The notes beneath the pieces are model-generated. The model searched no databases. It saw only the letters and a list, made by a program, of their open reading frames with translations, and was not told where the DNA came from. From Octopus sinensis (lineage: Eukaryota), in assembly GCF_006345805.1 (NCBI RefSeq), contig NC_043010.1, forward strand, positions 66,588,001 through 66,652,000: a DNA stretch of 64,000 bases, read 5' to 3'. Position 1 is the stretch's first letter, and the number at the start of each line of letters is the position of its first letter. Of this stretch, positions 1 through 13,129 are shown piece after piece. Position numbers and translations under genes: made by a program.

Positions 1-335
1 ACCAAACTAAAATTCATTTTGAATGGTGTTCACTTGGCGAAATTTTATTTTCGTTTTATATTGTTTTATATCGACATCAAACGAAATGTCGTTAAGTGAG
101 GACTGCTTGTATTAATTTATTTTGAATTAATTGACTGTAACTAATTTCTCAATCTGAGAAATGCCAGTCAATCCCAACTCTCCACCGTTCCCAAAATATT
201 AGGGTAAACTTGTTGCTGCTCGCAGGCGTTGAAGTGGGTCTGTGACCAGGTCGCAGTTGGTGCGACGAAAATTTGACACCAAATAAATGTTTAAGTGTAG
301 CTGACAGTATTTGTTTATTATTGGATGGCTGATAA

Positions 336-568
336 GGCGGCGAGCTGGCAGAAACGTTAGCACGCCGGGCGAAATGCCTCGCGGTATTTCGTCTGCCGCT
401 ACGGTCTGAGTTCAAATTCCGTCGATGTCGACTTTGCCTTTCATCCTTTTGGGATCGATAAATTAAGTACCAGTTACGCGCTGGGGTCGATGTAATCGAC
501 TTCATCCCTTTGTCTGTCCTTGTTTGTCCCCTCTATGTTTAGCCTCTTGCGGGCAATAAAGAAATAAG
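336..568 (+). mobile_element. Full-length MetaSINE-like tRNA SINE
   Basis: A box GAGCTGGCAGAA, B box GAGTTCAAATTCC, central GCCTTTCATCCTTT(C)GGGGTCGATAAATTAAGTACCAG resembling the Meta/Sauria domain as recalled, tail aataaagaaata. Many more copies, e.g. 4915-5115, 13135-13340, 27829-28035, 31820-32062, 60375-60585. Confidence 0.8.
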
Positions 569-1806
569 AATCGTCAGCACGCCGGGCGAAATACTTAGTG
601 GTATTTCGTTTGTTTTTACGTTCTGAGTTCAAATTCCTTTCGGGGTCGATGAATTAAGTACCAGTTGCATACTGGAGGCGATCTAATCGACTGCCCTTCC
701 CCCAAAATTTCGGTGCTTGTATTTAGAGTAGAAAAGATTATTGAATGGCTAATATGTCTTCCACTCTGTAATCATTTCAGTTTAAACACACGTTCTCCGA
801 AAAATTGCTAGACAAATACATCTCCCTAATAAAGTTTGCTCTCATTTGCTTTCATCATGGTGATAGGCAAGTTTAAGAAGTTCGAAACCACTTTTTTATT
901 AAAAGTGCCAACTTGTCGGCATTTTCTATTTTCAATCCGCATAGTCCCCGCAACCCCTACTGTGTAGTATACCAATCTCAAAATTTCACTATGTTAGAAA
1001 TCAAAATTAGTCCTTTGCGTTCTGAGTTCAAATCCTGTTAAGATCAACGTCGCTTTTTATCTTCTGGGGTCGAGAGTCAGTTAAAGTTTGAGGATGGCTT
1101 TAATTAACTAATCGCTTCTCCTTTAGATCATGATGCCTATCATTTAAAATTTGACATGGTCACCGGATTGGCAGAGTCGTTACAGCATCGGGCAAAAATA
1201 CTTTACTGTATTTGAGCCGGTTCCTTATGTTACGAGTTCAAATCTCCCTATGGTCAGTTTTTGTCTTTTATTCCTTCGAGCTCAACAAAGGATTAGTTAA
1301 GTAATAGAGAATCAATGTAAACAACTAACTCTCCCTCTGCTTAAAATTGCAGGGCTTTGTGATTGTCTTAGAAGCAATTACTTTATAAGAGATATTTCGT
1401 TTTTGGATTTGGTTTGCAAGATTCTTTATGTGAGTTCGTGTGTTGAAGCATATTCTGTTGTGTCTGGGGAGAGTAATTTTTTTCATGTGCCTTATAATTT
1501 AATACATTCACCGGTAAAATTTCCATTTTTTTTTTTCCCTTATTTTTATTTTCCTAAAATTTTCGTTGCATCTTGCAACCTTTTCAATCGAGAGTCAAGA
1601 CTATTGAAAAGGTTGCAAGGCGCAACGAAAATATTAGGAAAATAAAAATAAGGAAAAAGTAGAAATTTTTACCGGTGAGTGTGTTAAATTATAAGGCACA
1701 TGAAAAAAATGACTCTCCCCAGACACAACAGAATATAAGAGATAGAAAATGAAAAAGATTTTTACGAAACTACGCAAGTATTCTCAAGTTATATCAATCA
1801 TTAAAG

Positions 1807-2171
1807 GCATTTGATTAGTTTCCACTTTTGTACTTGCTGACTGACAGCTCGGTTAGTTGGTACTTTCGCAGTTGCTGACTGATGGCTCGATTAGTTTCTA
1901 CTTTTTGTATTTACCGACTGATGGCTCGATTAGCTTCTACTTTTGTATTTACCGACTGATGGCTCGATTAGTTGGTACTTTTGTATTTACCGAGTGATGG
2001 CTCGATTAGTTGGTACTTTTGTATTTACCGACTGGTGGCTCGATTAGTTGGTACTTTTGTATTTACCGAGTGATGGCTCGATTAGTTGGTACTTTTGTAT
2101 TTACCGACTGGTGGCTCGATTAGTTGGTACTTTTGTATTTACCGACTGGTGGCTCGATTAGTTGGTACTTT
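1807..2171 (+). repeat. 38-bp minisatellite, about 10 copies
   Basis: Unit tggctcgattagttggtacttttgtatttaccgactga; starts at 1883, 1922, 1960, 1998, 2036, 2074, 2112 and 2150. Confidence 0.95.
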
Positions 2172-4287
2172 CTGTGTTTGCCAGTCACAGCACGTGACAG
2201 GTTCTTGATAAACTTCGTTCCTTCCTTCGGGACAATTAAAACAAACATTCTTTCATTATACTCTGGGAAATCGCGGTTCCATGTACATGATATGGGACGA
2301 ATCAGCAGCAGAATCTTCACGGGACGGACATAGAATAAGGTTAGTAATTTCACTTGTCGCTTTTGTCTGCCTAAAATCGAGCAGACCCAGGCTGAGAGAA
2401 CCGTGTCATCCTATGCACTCTTTGACTTGTGTACACATGTGATTCGTTTGGTATTTGTTATGGTTGTTATCAAGCCCCGGGACAACTCTGATCCGAGCAG
2501 GCCAGGCTTTCCAGACTTGACCATCCCAAACTTCTTGCATATATTAAACTGATAGGATATAAATTTTAAGGGAGATTTTGCTGTTATTTTTTAGGGATGT
2601 TACTGTATATATATATATATATGTTAAATTTTAAGGGAGATTTTGCTGTTATTTTTTAGGGATGTTACTGTATATATATGTGTGTGTGTTAGAAGTATTA
2701 GGGGTGATGTACAGATTTAATACATATGAAAAAAAAAAGGTGTCCAGAATGCTGGATGGTTGTAAAAATATATATTTATTTACATATCACATATTATTTC
2801 TTCATATTAGCGCTTTCAACTATTCCTGTAGTTTATATAAACTTCACCATTTTGGTACTAACCTATACTCCTGATCATATAATGCGAACTTATTTAATAG
2901 TTTTCGTAAGTTAAATCCTTAACATTTCTTACAATAACAAAGCAATTTTATTAAATTCTTCATTATTTTCAAAATTATTGGAAACAAAAGCAATGTATTC
3001 CAACAGAATTGTGGTAACAAAGGGAAGTGACAGACGGTAGAGTACCGATTAAATTTGCTTTCAAGTACTTATTACCATATCTCTTCTATATTGTGAGTTT
3101 CATAACGAAATGAAAATGAAAAGATTTTTTAAAAAAAGCACCAGTCTTTCGGAATTGTTATCCCACATTAGTTTTGGAAAATTTCCCTTTTTTGTTGGAA
3201 TTTTTCCGTTTTTCTTTTTTGGTTGGAACTTTTCCCATTTTATTTTTCTACTACATATTTCAACACAATGGGGGGGGGGACGTTAAAAAGAAATTAATAA
3301 AGAAAGTAATCCGTGCTTTTTTAAACGTCTGTCCTTGAAATGTGTATGATACAAAAAAAAAAAAAAATTCACGACCAAAAGCTATTCCAAAAGTGCCGCC
3401 AAAGTACTAGAAATATAAATACAAGAAGTCATTCGTTTCTTATAAATTTAGCCTTATGAATTTGTGGCCCACCCCTTTTCATATCAATTTGTGGACGCCG
3501 CCTTGTACCAACTCACCTCTTGACAATACCAATGAGCAAAATGATAAAAGTGTCCCCGGCCAGGATATTGATCTATTAAAGCCATAAGGACAGACATAGG
3601 TATTAAGTCAATTACATCGACCCCAGTGCGTAACTGGTACTTAATTTACCGACCCCGAAAGGAGTCGGTAAATTAAGTACCAGTTACGCACTGAGGTCGA
3701 TGTAATTGACTTAATACCTATGTCTGTCCTTGTTTGTCTCCTCTATGTTTAGCCCCTTGTGGGTAATAAAGAAATAGGTATATAGGGTCCTTTCACTTTC
3801 TTTAATGATACTAATTTTAAAAGTGAAAGTTATACATAAAAGTGTATAATAAGGATGATTTCAAATTTTCTCAAAAAGCCTGGAACTTTAGGGGTAGGAG
3901 TAGGGGTTAGTTGAGTACATTGACCCCACTGCTCAATTAGTGCATTATTTAGTAGATCTCGAAAGGATGAAAGGTAAAGTTAATCTCGACAACGGAGGAA
4001 ATGTCGCTAAGCATTTCGTCCGGCGTGTTTACGATTCTGTCACCTCGCATAATAATTCTAATTTTGGCACAAGACCTGAAATTTTGGGGAAGGGCCTAGT
4101 CGATCACATCAACCTCAGTATTCAACTGGTACTGATTTTATCGACCTCGAGAGGTTGAAAACCAAAATTGACCACGGCGGAATTTGAACTCAGAACGTAC
4201 AGAGTCAAATGAAATGCCGCTAAGCATTTTGTCCGACGCGCTAACAATTCTGCCAGCTCGCATAATTATGATGTCTGTGGATACAAC

Positions 4288-4546
4288 GGTACTATTTAAG
4301 AAGAGTGGTCCCGATGCTGCACTCGCGTACCCTCGCATCCGCGCTAGCTAGTCGTGACTAGTCGATCCTTACTTTGTTTTTGTTTTATTTACTTTATTTT
4401 AAAAAAAATATTTACTTTGTGTAAAAAAAATTATTTATTTTGTTTTATTTACTTTCCTACTTAGTCTTTGTAGGATCGACTAGTCACGACTAGCTAGCGC
4501 GGATGCGCGGGTGCGCGCACCGGGACCACTCTTCTTAAATAGTACC
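4288..4546. mobile_element. MITE with ~80-bp CpG-rich TIRs starting GGTAC
   Basis: ggtactatttaagaagagtggtccc... is mirrored by ...gggaccactcttcttaaatagtacc; AT-rich core. Confidence 0.8.
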
Positions 4547-5515
4547 AGGTATAACAACTGAAGTGTGGGATTTTTTCTTTAATCCTTCCACCTACTAGAA
4601 TTTTCTCAAATTATTTTTACTCCTATGTGGTTTTGCTTTGTTAATGATAAAAATTACATTCATTCCACACCCCACACCCCTTAGAATCTATTCTGCTTCG
4701 TTTTTGTATCTGATTTGCGATATTCTTTATGTGAATTCGTGTGTTAAAACAAATTTTATTGTCTAGAGATAGTCTTTCTTTATGTCAATATTATTAACAC
4801 AATAAAAAGTTAGTTACATAATTTCTGGTCTTCGGAAAGAATTTTAAATGATTCAAAGCGTATCCCTTCTTCCAAATTTGTTTCCCCATAACTTTCTTAA
4901 AAATCCATATTTTTTTTATTATTGCCCACAAGGGGCTAAACATAGAGGGGACAAACAGGGACAGACAAACGAATTAAGTCGATTACATCGATTCCAGTGT
5001 GTAACTGGTACTTAATTTATCAACCCCGAAAGGATGAAAGGCAAAGTTGACCTCGGCGGAATTTGAACTCAGAACGTAGTAGCAGACGAAATACAACTAA
5101 GCATTTCACCCCATGTGCAATTAATCCATTACTAGGACCCGTTAGGGTTCTAGCTATGGATTAATTGACATGTCATGGAATTGGGTCTGGAAGAGGGTCA
5201 CTGAAGGACATCCCAATGAACCCAGAGCAGATGATGCCTTTCAGCTTTTTAGCTGCTCATCTAAGAGAAGATAGCTCCATACAATTCCTACATCCTGATA
5301 ACTACCTGGGTTGGGATATTTGTTGTACCAGACCAATAAGAATTTGAAGGATGAGAGAATAGGACCGGCCCTGTACAGACCATACCCATTATACACATTG
5401 TGCAGGTTGTTGCAGTAAACTAAGACACCAACGCCAAGGTTCAGCTGTGTCTTACTGAACCCTTATTTGTTGAAGCAACGGAAGACCCCAACAGTAACTC
5501 ATTATTGTGGTGGAA

Positions 5516-5878
5516 GCACTCCGTCGGTTACGATCCGAATCAACGGAACAGCCTGCTCATGAAATTAACGTGTAAGTGGCTGAGCACTCCACAGACACGT
5601 GTACCCTTAACGTAGTTCTCGGGGATATTCAGCGTGACACAGAGAGTGACAAGGCCGGCCCTTTGAAATACAGGTACAACAGAAACAGGAAGGAAGAGTG
5701 AGAGAAAGTTGTGGTGAAAGAGTACAGCAGGGATCACCACCATCCCCTGCCGGAGCCTTGTGGAGCTTTTTTAGGTGTATTCGCTCAATAAACAGTCACA
5801 ACGCCCGGTCTGGGAATCGAAACTGCGATCCTATGACCGCGAGTCCGCTGCCCTAACCACTGGGCCATTGCGCCTCCA
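5516..5878 (-). mobile_element. Chimeric SINE (5' half as 57880 family, 3' half as V-like family)
   Basis: 5680-5878 matches 57880-58070; 5516-5680 matches 32740-32915 and 58620-58760. Confidence 0.7.
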
Positions 5879-7108
5879 ACTCATTATTACTATTGTAATC
5901 ATTATTTCTGTCCATTTTCTCATGCTTGCATGGGTTAGACAAGTCTTCTTCAGTACAACATCCTTCCACTTGTTGTTCTCATTTGTCTTCTTCTCCATGA
6001 GGTTCTACCTCTTGAGATCAGCTTTCATAATTTTTTTCCAAGTCTTCCCAAGTCATCTTCCACAATTTTCTTCCATTTGAATCAGTAAGCACTTCTTTAG
6101 CCAACTGCCATCCTCCATACCAGCTCAGTCTTCTCTGTGGTACAGCACCTTCTGATTCATCTTATACTCAATACTGTAAATCCTCAAGTATAGTCTGCCC
6201 TTGAATATAATACGCAGGGGATTTTTAAGGGGCTGTACCTTTGAAAAACCTAAACCTTGTGTATAATGCACACCCCTTCTCTAACTTGAGTCAAGGAGGT
6301 CTATATAACGTCCTTGGTTTGTAAAAATGTATACGGTAACGTCCTTTATTATTATTGTATATATAACATAATGCAAACGTGTAGCTTTTTTGTGCTTTTT
6401 GCTTGCAGAAAATAAAGAAATAACAGTAATAACATTTGATAAATGTTGCTTACTGCAAGTTATGGATGATTCTTTTATGACTTCATTGCTTTCAGGCTTA
6501 GCTTAAATTATTTTCGCGTACGATATTACAAAATGTGTCCGAATAAACATTGCCGGACAGCAAATAGGGACTTGGACATTGCTTAGAAAATATTTTTCAT
6601 TTTTAACCTCGTATACAGTACACACTAGGGATTTTGACCTTTAAATTTTGGGGGAAAATGCGGATTATACTTGAGGATTTATGGTATTTCTCTCACTGTA
6701 ACTGTTCTCCACCATTCACACACATAAACAATTCACATTCAGCGGGACATACCTAACTTGTTTCTTTCTAGCTTTCACACATTCTCCACATTTGGTGTCA
6801 GTGATTCACTACCAATCAGTATCGTTCCTCACACCTAAGTATCACTCAACCTACTCTTCACCCCCAAAAGAAAAAAAACAAACACCCTTGTTGCAAGTAA
6901 GAAGTGAACGCTTCCCAACATTTTCTCATCGCGTAGGAGTGGCTGTGTGGTGTGGTAAGTAACTTGCTTACGAACCACATGATTCTGGGTTCAGTCCCAC
7001 TGCGTGGCACCTTGGGCAAGTGTCTTCTACTATAGCTTAGGGCTGACCAAAGTCTTGTGAGTGGATTTGGTAGACGGAAACTGAAAGAAACCCATCGCAT
7101 ATATGTAT

Positions 7109-7361
7109 CATCATCATCATCATTTAGCGTCCGCTTTCCATGCTAGCATGGGTTGGACGGTTCAACTGGGGTCTGGGAAGCCAGAAGGCTGCATCAGGCC
7201 CAGTCTGATCTGGCAGTGTTTCTACGGCTGGATGCCCTTCCTAATGCCAACCACTCCGTGAGTGTAGTGGATGCTTTTTACGTGCCACCCGCACAGGTGC
7301 CAGATGGGGCTGGCAAATGGCCACGGACGGATGGTGCTTTTTACGTGCCACCGGCATGGGG
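7109..7361 (-). mobile_element. RTE 3' UTR fragment nested in a CORE-like SINE
   Basis: Same repeat as 34363-34670; (CAT)n at the left end; splits the SINE at 6935-7628 inside its microsatellite. Confidence 0.8.
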
Positions 7362-7365
7362 ACCA

Positions 7366-7407
<42 letters not shown>

Positions 7408-8301
7408 ATGTGTGTGTCTGTGTTCGTCCCCCCAACATCGCTTGACAACCGATGCTGGTATGTTTACGTCCCCGTAACTTAGTGGTTCAGCAAATGAGAC
7501 CGATAGAATAAGTACTAGTCGTACACAGAATAAGACCTGGGGTTGATTTGCTCGACTAAAGGCGGTGCTCCAGCATGGCCACAGTCAAATGACTGAAACA
7601 AGTAAAAGAATAAAAGAGAGAGTAAAGAGTATCCCATCCTGTTCCTACTCCGGTTACTATAGTTAGGTGATCACGTTCCTTCACCCTTAATTAAGTCACC
7701 TATTCACTGCATCTATTGTACAGCCACAGTTTACATTTGAACACACTGTATGAATTTCTTCAGTTTCTTATTTGTGGTTTTGTTCCTTATGTTAGGCTGA
7801 CTGTCTGCAGCACATTTTTTATTATACAAGATGCCATCCCAAACATTTCTTATTTCTTATGTCTGTGTGTTCTTAGTTTACAGGTTTACAGTTACCACTC
7901 CTAGGTCATGGTTGAATGATTGGGCTATAGACAAAAAAAGGAAAAAAAAATAAACAGCCGAACTCCTTGCAAGTACCCAGCATTAAAAACATTGCACTGT
8001 ACAAGATGTTAAACTACATTGGGATGGGTGGTAGTGTGTGTGTTTATGTGTCTGATTTTGTTAAACTACTACACACATACACACACATATACTTTCACAC
8101 TTTTGCACATAGAAAGCCTTTAGAAAGAAAAAGGAATCTTATTCAAGTAGCTGGATGCTGTGTTGACAATGTAACAAATGTAATGCAGACGAGGAGATGA
8201 ATAGAAAGGAGTTGGTGAGCATTAGTTGATGCTAACCAGACACTTCCAAACCTTATGTGTGTGTGTATCTGTGTGTGCATGTTTGTGTATATATGTATGA
8301 A

Positions 8302-8332
<31 letters not shown>

Positions 8333-8337
8333 GTAAT

Positions 8338-8715
8338 CATCATCATCATCGTTTAACGTCCGTTTTCCATGCTAGCATAGGTTGGACGGTTCAACTGGGG
8401 TCTGGGAAGCCAGAAGGCTGCACCAGGCTCCAGTCTGATCTGGCAGTGTTTCTACAGCTGGATGCCCTTCCTAACGCCAACCACTCCGTGAGTGTAGTGG
8501 GTGCTTTTTACGTGCCACCTGCACAGGTGCCAGACAAGGCTGGCAAACGGCCACAATCGGATGGTGCTTTTTACGTGCCACCGGCATGGAGGCCAGTCGG
8601 GGCGGCACTGGCAACGGCCTCGTTCGGATGGTTCTCTTACGTGCTACCAGCACTGGTTTCACAGCTACAATTTCCATTGACGTTGATCGATTTCGTTTTT
8701 GATTTTCAACATCAA
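8338..8715 (-). mobile_element. RTE 3' UTR fragment
   Basis: Family match; (CAT)n tail abutting a (TA)n run. Confidence 0.8.
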
Positions 8716-9856
8716 TGGAAAATGTGTAATTTCAGACTTAGCGACTATAGTAGAAAGGATTATTAATTATCAGCAGAAGTTGCATAGTGACTCCAGGGTC
8801 AAACATTTCACGAGTTGTTACTTACCAAACTTGTTTCAAATCACGGGGATTACATTTAGATATCGATCATAATGATAATTGTATGGATTCTTCTAGAAGC
8901 AATCTTCTTAACCACACAGTTATGCCCACTGGGCTTCGTTCTGTTTCCATCTACTAAATCCACTCCCAACACATTGGTCAATCGAGGGCAGTGAGAGATG
9001 GCACCTTGAGTCAGGCAGTAGGACTGAGCCCCTAAACCTAACGGTGTAAAGAGGAATTTTTAACCTCACATCCATACCTGCATCTATTCTTTTACTTGTT
9101 TCAGTCATGTGACTGTGGCCATGCTGGAGCACCACCTTTAGTTGAACAAATCAACCCCCAGTACTTATTCTTTGTAAGCCTAGTACTTATTCTATTGACC
9201 TCTTTTGCTGAACCGCTAAGTTACGGGGACATAAACACACCAACATCAGTTGTCAAGCCATGGCAGGTGACAAACACACACACACACACACACACATATA
9301 TGCGACAGGCTTCTTTCAGGTTCCGTCTACCAAATCCACTCACAAGGCTTTGGTCAGCCCAAGACTATAGTAGAAGACACTTGCCCAAAGTACCATGCAG
9401 TGGGACTGAACCCAGAACCATGTGGTTAGGAAGCAAGCTTCTTTGGTTTGTAAAGAAAAGTCGTTCCCAAAATGTCTGAACATCTCATCTCTCTCATGGC
9501 AAAATAATTTCTTCCAGTTTGAAAATTAATTGTGAAATAGGCCATCACCAATTCCTAACGTTTCACTACAACTTAGAGGTTCAAACCTTACATGTTCCAG
9601 GGTTTGTGTTCTGGGGCAAAAAAATTTATGCTTCAGGTTCATCATCATTATCGTCGTTATCCCATGTTCCATGCCAGCGTGGATTGGACAGCTTGACAAG
9701 ATTGCTTTTAGCTATTTTCCTGAGAGAAACTGGTTCCACTCCTAACTCACTGGTTGAGTAATTACTGGCAGGAAAAAGCATATCCAGCTGTTAAAACAAT
9801 TGTTTTATCTTTGTACATGAATATAAATATTGTAAAGACTATCCCACTTGGGATCA

Positions 9857-9902
<46 letters not shown>

Positions 9903-10039
9903 CATATATATATGTATGCATGAGTGTATTTGTTTAGACATGTATTAATATTTCCGCAACTTTCGGCCCTGACTTGTACCCCAGAGGCGAACATCTTAGG
10001 TGCACCTTAGGCAAGTGAAATCACAATGAAATTCAAATT

Positions 10040-10510
10040 TGCTGACGTGGCCGATGACAGAATTGCCTCACTGGCACCTGTGCCAGTGACATGTTAAAAA
10101 CACTGAGCATGATCGTTGCCAGGGCTGCTGACTGGATCCCGTGCCAGTGGCACGTAAAATGCATCATTCGAGGGTGATCATAACCAGCATTACCGTACTG
10201 GCACGTGAAAAACAACATCCGAGCGAGGTCGTTGCCAGTGCCACTGGAGTGGCTCCTGTGCAGGTGGCACATAAAAAGACACAATTTGAACGTGGCCGTC
10301 GCCAGTACTGTCTGACTGGCCCATGTGCCGGTGGCATGTAAAAGCACCCACTACACTCTCGGAGTGGTTGGCGTTAGGAAGGGCATTCAGCTGTAGAAAC
10401 TCATCCAGATCAAGACTGGAGCCAGGTGCAGCCATTTGGTGCACCAGTCCTCAGTCAAACTGTCCAATCCATGCCAGCATGGAAAGCAGACTTTAAACGA
10501 TGATGAGGAT
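10040..10510 (+). mobile_element. RTE 3' UTR fragment with several internal gtggcacgtaaaaagcacc repeats
   Basis: Family match; ends in gatgatgag then (TA)n. Confidence 0.75.
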
Positions 10511-10663
10511 GAATATTATATGTATATATATATGTATGCGTATATATGTATATACGTATATGTATATATATGCATATATGTATATATATATATAGAAAAA
10601 AACTCAGAAAAAGGCTACATCCCTTTTTTTCTGTAGAGAAAAAGGCTACATCCCTTTTAATAG

Positions 10664-10718
<55 letters not shown>

Positions 10719-11330
10719 ATATATATATGTATGTACATATATACAACAGGCTTCTTTCAGTTTCCGCCTACCAAATCCACTCACAAGGCTTTGGTAGGCT
10801 GCCGGCTATCGTAGAAAACACTTGCCTAAGGTGCCACACAGTGGGACTGAACCCGGAGCCATGTGGTTCGTTAGCAAGCTTCTTACCACACAGCCACTCC
10901 TAATATATATGGGATCTTCATGGCAACCATGAGGAATGTATACTAAGAGCAATACAAGCCATTCATTTGTAGCAGTCAATTATATATAAAATTTTATGTC
11001 CGTAACTGGTGCCTGTGCTGGTGGCACGTAAGAAGCACCCACTACACTCTTGGAGCAGTTGGCGTTAGGAAGGGCATCCAGCCATAGAAACCATGCCAAA
11101 TCAGATTAGAACCTGGCGTAGCTCTGCAGCGTCCCAGTTTTCAGTCATACTATCCAACCCATACCAGCATGAAAAGCAGACGTTAAATGATGATGATGAT
11201 GATGATGTATACCCTGTTATCAAAAGGGGAGATAATCTCATGAATCAAGAATTCTCCTAAGCTAACAAACCATTAAGGCAAAAGAGGAAAGGCTTATTAT
11301 GTGTCTGTCTCTCTCTGTCTCCGGCTCTCG

Positions 11331-11365
<35 letters not shown>

Positions 11366-11680
11366 CAAAGGCAAGCACACATAGAGCTTACACCAAAGGA
11401 AGTTACTCGTAACATTTAACCTCTAAGAAATAGATTTTGAATTACATCTTACCAATGGATCTTAGTTAAACACTTTACCATTTCAATCCCCTCCAATCTG
11501 CTTCTCTCCTTTTCATGTCCACTTGATTCTTATATTTCTTCCTTCGTCCCCTTCCACACACACTTTCTTTCTGTAGCACAACCAAAACCCTGTGTTCTTT
11601 TTATCATCTCCTTCTACAGGAAATGGTTGTTGCTAAGTAAAACATCCAAATCCAAGTGTGAAAAAAGCCTTAGTATATAT

Positions 11681-11879
11681 CAGTGCTTTTCAAACTTTTT
11701 GCTGGAGCGGAACCCCAAGGAAACATTCCACTGGCTCGGGGAACCCCTGTGCAACAATTTAAGTCTTATGCATACATATCTGCACAGGAGAATTAAAAAT
11801 TACTGCCGATTTTAGCAGTTTTGTAACTTCTTGCGGAACCCCTGGACTGTACTGACGGAACCCTGGTTGAAAACCACTG
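11681..11879. mobile_element. hAT (Charlie-like) MITE
   Basis: CAGTG...CACTG termini and a perfect 8-bp TSD GTATATAT (11673-11680 / 11880-11887). A second copy lies in the opposite orientation at 43579-43797. Confidence 0.88.
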
Positions 11880-12181
11880 GTATATATGTTGGCTTCATTC
11901 TTGATCTTAGCACACTTTGCTGAAACCAATAAAGAAATCTTGATCCAGTCACTGAATTTGGTTGCTAAAAATAGCAGCCAGATGTTACTTATAATGAAGG
12001 GCTCTTTATCCAGTCATTAAATTTGGTTGCTAGAAATAGTACCCAGATCTTACTTATATAGCATCTTTAAAAGGACAGATTCAGTGTAATGTTGTGTTAA
12101 ATCAAGGGTTCTCAGTCATTTTTGTACCATTAACCCCATGACAACTTTTTGAAAGTTAATCTACACTCTCTCTCCTCATTT

Positions 12182-12558
12182 ATTTGTTTCAGTCATTTGA
12201 CTGCGGTCATGCTGGAGCACCGCCCTTTAGTCGAGCAAATCGATCCCAGGACTTATTCTTTGTAAGCCTAGTACTTATTCTATCTGTGTCTTTTGCTGAA
12301 CCGCTTAGTTACGGGGACGTAAACACACCAGCATCGGTTGTCAAGCAATGTTGGGGAGGACAAACACACACACAAACATATATATACATATATACGACAG
12401 GCTTCTTTCAGTTTCCGTTTACCAAATCCACTCACAAGACTTTGGTTGGCCCGAGGCTATCGTAGAAGACACTTGCCCAAGGTGCCACACAGTGTGACTG
12501 AACCCGAAACCATGTGGTTTGTAAGCAAGCTACTTACCACACAGCCACACTCCTACGT
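12182..12558 (-). mobile_element. Full-length CORE-like SINE
   Basis: Same family as 29976-30371. Other copies at about 6935-7628, 9088-9443, 10740-10905, 17865-18180, 20140-20510, 21885-22040, 22490-22630, 22685-22845, 46190-46360, 47398-47535, 51655-51800 and 52380-52785. Confidence 0.85.
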
Positions 12559-13087
12559 CAAAGAATTTTCCGTTCTTCCTGAGCATCAAACTAAATACAC
12601 CTTGTTTGTTCCCTAACTTGTCTCTCATTTTTTTGTACCCTCGAAACCCTACCCTCACCCCCACCACACATATGCGCGCTGGCGAGCGGTCTGCTTAAGT
12701 CATTCTAGAACAGGCAGGGTGCATGACCCTGGCTGTCAATTTCCTACTTGCCAATAAGACAGAACCTGCTATTTGAGTTCAGTTGTTGTTGGTAGAATGG
12801 GCAGCCAGCTTCAAAAAAACATTCATTCTAGTGAGTCATAAGAGATTTTTCTTGGTTTGAGGAAATTATTATTAGTTTTTTTTTTTCTTTTTTTTTTTTG
12901 ACAGGGTGGAGAAGAAAGGGATTGTGAAACAGTCTAGAATATATTCAACGTTTTTATCTTTTTCCCTCACATTCACTTTGATGTGTATGTTATATGTATA
13001 CTGATAATTATACAATATATTTATTTATAAGTCAAGTGTATCTGCATCTACAGTTATTCTACACGCAGTATAACTTGTATGTTTGTG

Positions 13088-13129
<42 letters not shown>

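Noticed and set aside
5150-5360. Possible degenerate RT (ADD-like motif); similar unique-looking block at 19330-19620
   Set aside because: Too decayed to assign a family by eye.
8257-8766. Recurring ORFs containing LQLDALPNANHSVSVVGAFYVPP (also 7153, 26974, 51026, 56613)
   Set aside because: Antisense reading of the RTE 3' UTR repeat; not a gene family.
12184-12616. Recurring ORFs with [16 protein letters not shown] or FAEPLSYGDVNT
   Set aside because: Translations of the CORE-like SINE.
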